Shown here: positions 62,625-64,000 of the stretch, piece by piece | How positions within the stretch are numbered: position 1 is the first letter of the stretch | How the letters are laid out: each line of letters opens with the position of its first letter | NCBI GenBank assembly: GCA_964016885.1 | Contig: OZ024742.1 | Span: forward strand, 327,856,001 to 327,920,000 | DNA: 64,000 nucleotides | Direction of reading: 5' to 3' | From: Eledone cirrhosa | Lineage: Eukaryota | Notes under the pieces: model-generated | Seen by the model: the letters and a program-made list of their open reading frames with translations, nothing else | The model's database searches: none | What the model was told of the DNA's origin: nothing | Translations under genes and position numbers: made by a program

Positions 62625-63104
62625 CAAATCTAGTGTATATACTGATATTGTTGAGATTTGGATGAGAAATGTTTTCGGCACCACATGTTCACCGTCTTTC
62701 GGTGTGTCTTTTATGCATGTATAAATATATATGTTATCTATACGGTGAAATCTTTGAAATAAATATATGTTAAAACGAAAAAGGAGAAAAAGAGAATAGT
62801 GACGGAAATATAAACGTTATGATACATAAACGTTATGATATAACGATGGAAATATATCTTCAAATGGTTCTTGGCATGGTGTCAAGTCAGAACCGCCTCG
62901 AACTGGTTACTTCTGGCTTGTGCAAGGTGTCTCTATAGCAACCAGCGATTCCCTCGGCCTCAGTGACCAAAGTCAGTGGAGAGGTGAAGGTAATGTTTCT
63001 ATAGCGACAGTGTTTCTCTTGGTAGTACCAAAGTGGAGAAAGGAAGGGGAAGGTAATATTTCTGTAGCACCTACATTTGAGTTTTAGGGAAGGACAGACA
63101 GACA

Positions 63105-63128
63105 AACAGAGAAATGCCCATATATTTC

Positions 63129-63187
<59 letters not shown>

Positions 63188-63213
63188 CACACACAGAAAT
63201 GTATATATATTTC

Positions 63214-63256
<43 letters not shown>

Positions 63257-63415
63257 CACACACAGAAATGTATATATATTTCTGTGTGGATATATATATA
63301 TATATATTACACACACAGAAATGTAAATATATATTTCTGTGTGTATATATATATATATTTCTGTGTGTGTATATATATATATATATTACACACACAGAAA
63401 TGTATATATATTTCT
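63105..63415. repeat. Alternating head-to-head/tail-to-tail minisatellite
   Basis: ACACACAGAAAT and ATTTCTGTGTGT alternate about four times, separated by (TA)n runs of variable length. Confidence 0.85.
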
Positions 63416-63540
63416 TAGAACAAAATTATTATTAATGTTTTGCTGTTCATAACAATTGGAATTGAAAAATTACTTTTGAAATTGTTAGTTATTTTACTAA
63501 TGCTTAGATATGTAAAAATGAAGCAATGTTTCTAATAATT

Positions 63541-63726
63541 GTTTCTACTTTTGGCACAAGGCCAGCAATTATCCAGTACATTACTGGTACTTTATTTTAT
63601 CGACCCCGTGAGGAGGAAAAGCAAAGTTAACCTTGGCGGTATTTGAACTCAGACCGTAAAGGGACGTAACTCCATGCTATGAAGCATGGTGTCCGACTCT
63701 CTACAGATTCTGCCAATCCACTGCCC
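63541..63726 (-). mobile_element. tRNA-derived SINE (octopus-type, Meta-domain-like core)
   Basis: The minus strand has an A-box-like TGGCAGAATC and a B-box GAGTTCAAATACC, then TTTGCTTTTCCTCCTCACGGGGTCGATAAAATAAAGTACCAG, which resembles the MetaSINE central domain. The family assignment is from memory. Confidence 0.75.
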
Positions 63727-64000
63727 TAATGTCTGTACGTAATGAGGGAGTGAGAGGGGAGAGAAAGAAAGGCAGAGGTGAAGTGACGAAGTGACTCTCT
63801 CCTCCTCCTCCTCCTCCTCCATCTCCCCATTCGTCACAGCGATAGAGGGGAGGAATGTCAGTGTGTTAGAAAGAGAAAGAGTGAGAGTGAGAGAAACAGA
63901 CAGACTAAAAGAGAGGGGTAGCTGGAGAGAGAGAGAGGTAGCAACCACGCGCGCACGTGTTTCCACTGTCGGACAGACAGACAGAGAAATTGCTGGTTAT

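Noticed and set aside
62920-63072. Three TCT(A/G)TAGC-containing motifs at 63-66 bp spacing (CRISPR-like look)
   Set aside because: The intervening sequences are similar to each other (ACCAAAGT...GGAG), so this is a degenerate tandem repeat of ~2.3 copies.
63780-64000. GA-rich stretch with a CACGTG E-box as a promoter
   Set aside because: It is a single short motif with no linked gene visible in the window.

Overview
AT-rich, (TA)n-laden animal genomic DNA. The SINE and flank style suggest octopus/cephalopod (inference). About 87% of the window is two adjacent, nearly G-free (+ strand) tandem arrays. Array 1 (~6140-55470) is a ~49 kb array of a 60-bp unit with nested higher-order duplications (1.1, 1.3, 1.9, 2.9, 4.9 and ~18.7 kb). 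Array 2 (~55538-61947) is a ~6.4 kb array of a 21-bp unit. The huge ORFs in the track mostly reflect the absence of stops in this composition. Main observation: both arrays sit in the same homologous cassette. A 64-bp ungapped linker (51/64 identical) precedes each array, and a third partial copy, split by a SINE with a 12-bp TSD, follows array 2. In the + strand Pro/Thr/Ser frame both arrays begin T-A-P and run out into F-R-[DE]-L-[IM], with third-codon-position differences. This points to a tandemly duplicated mucin/extensin-like module whose repeat cores expanded independently, but coding status is unproven and array 1 has many frameshifts. The flanks carry two non-autonomous Helitrons, two tRNA-derived SINEs, two minimal hammerhead ribozyme motifs (Penelope-type) and several long palindromes. 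No conventional gene, rRNA, tRNA or CRISPR is supported.
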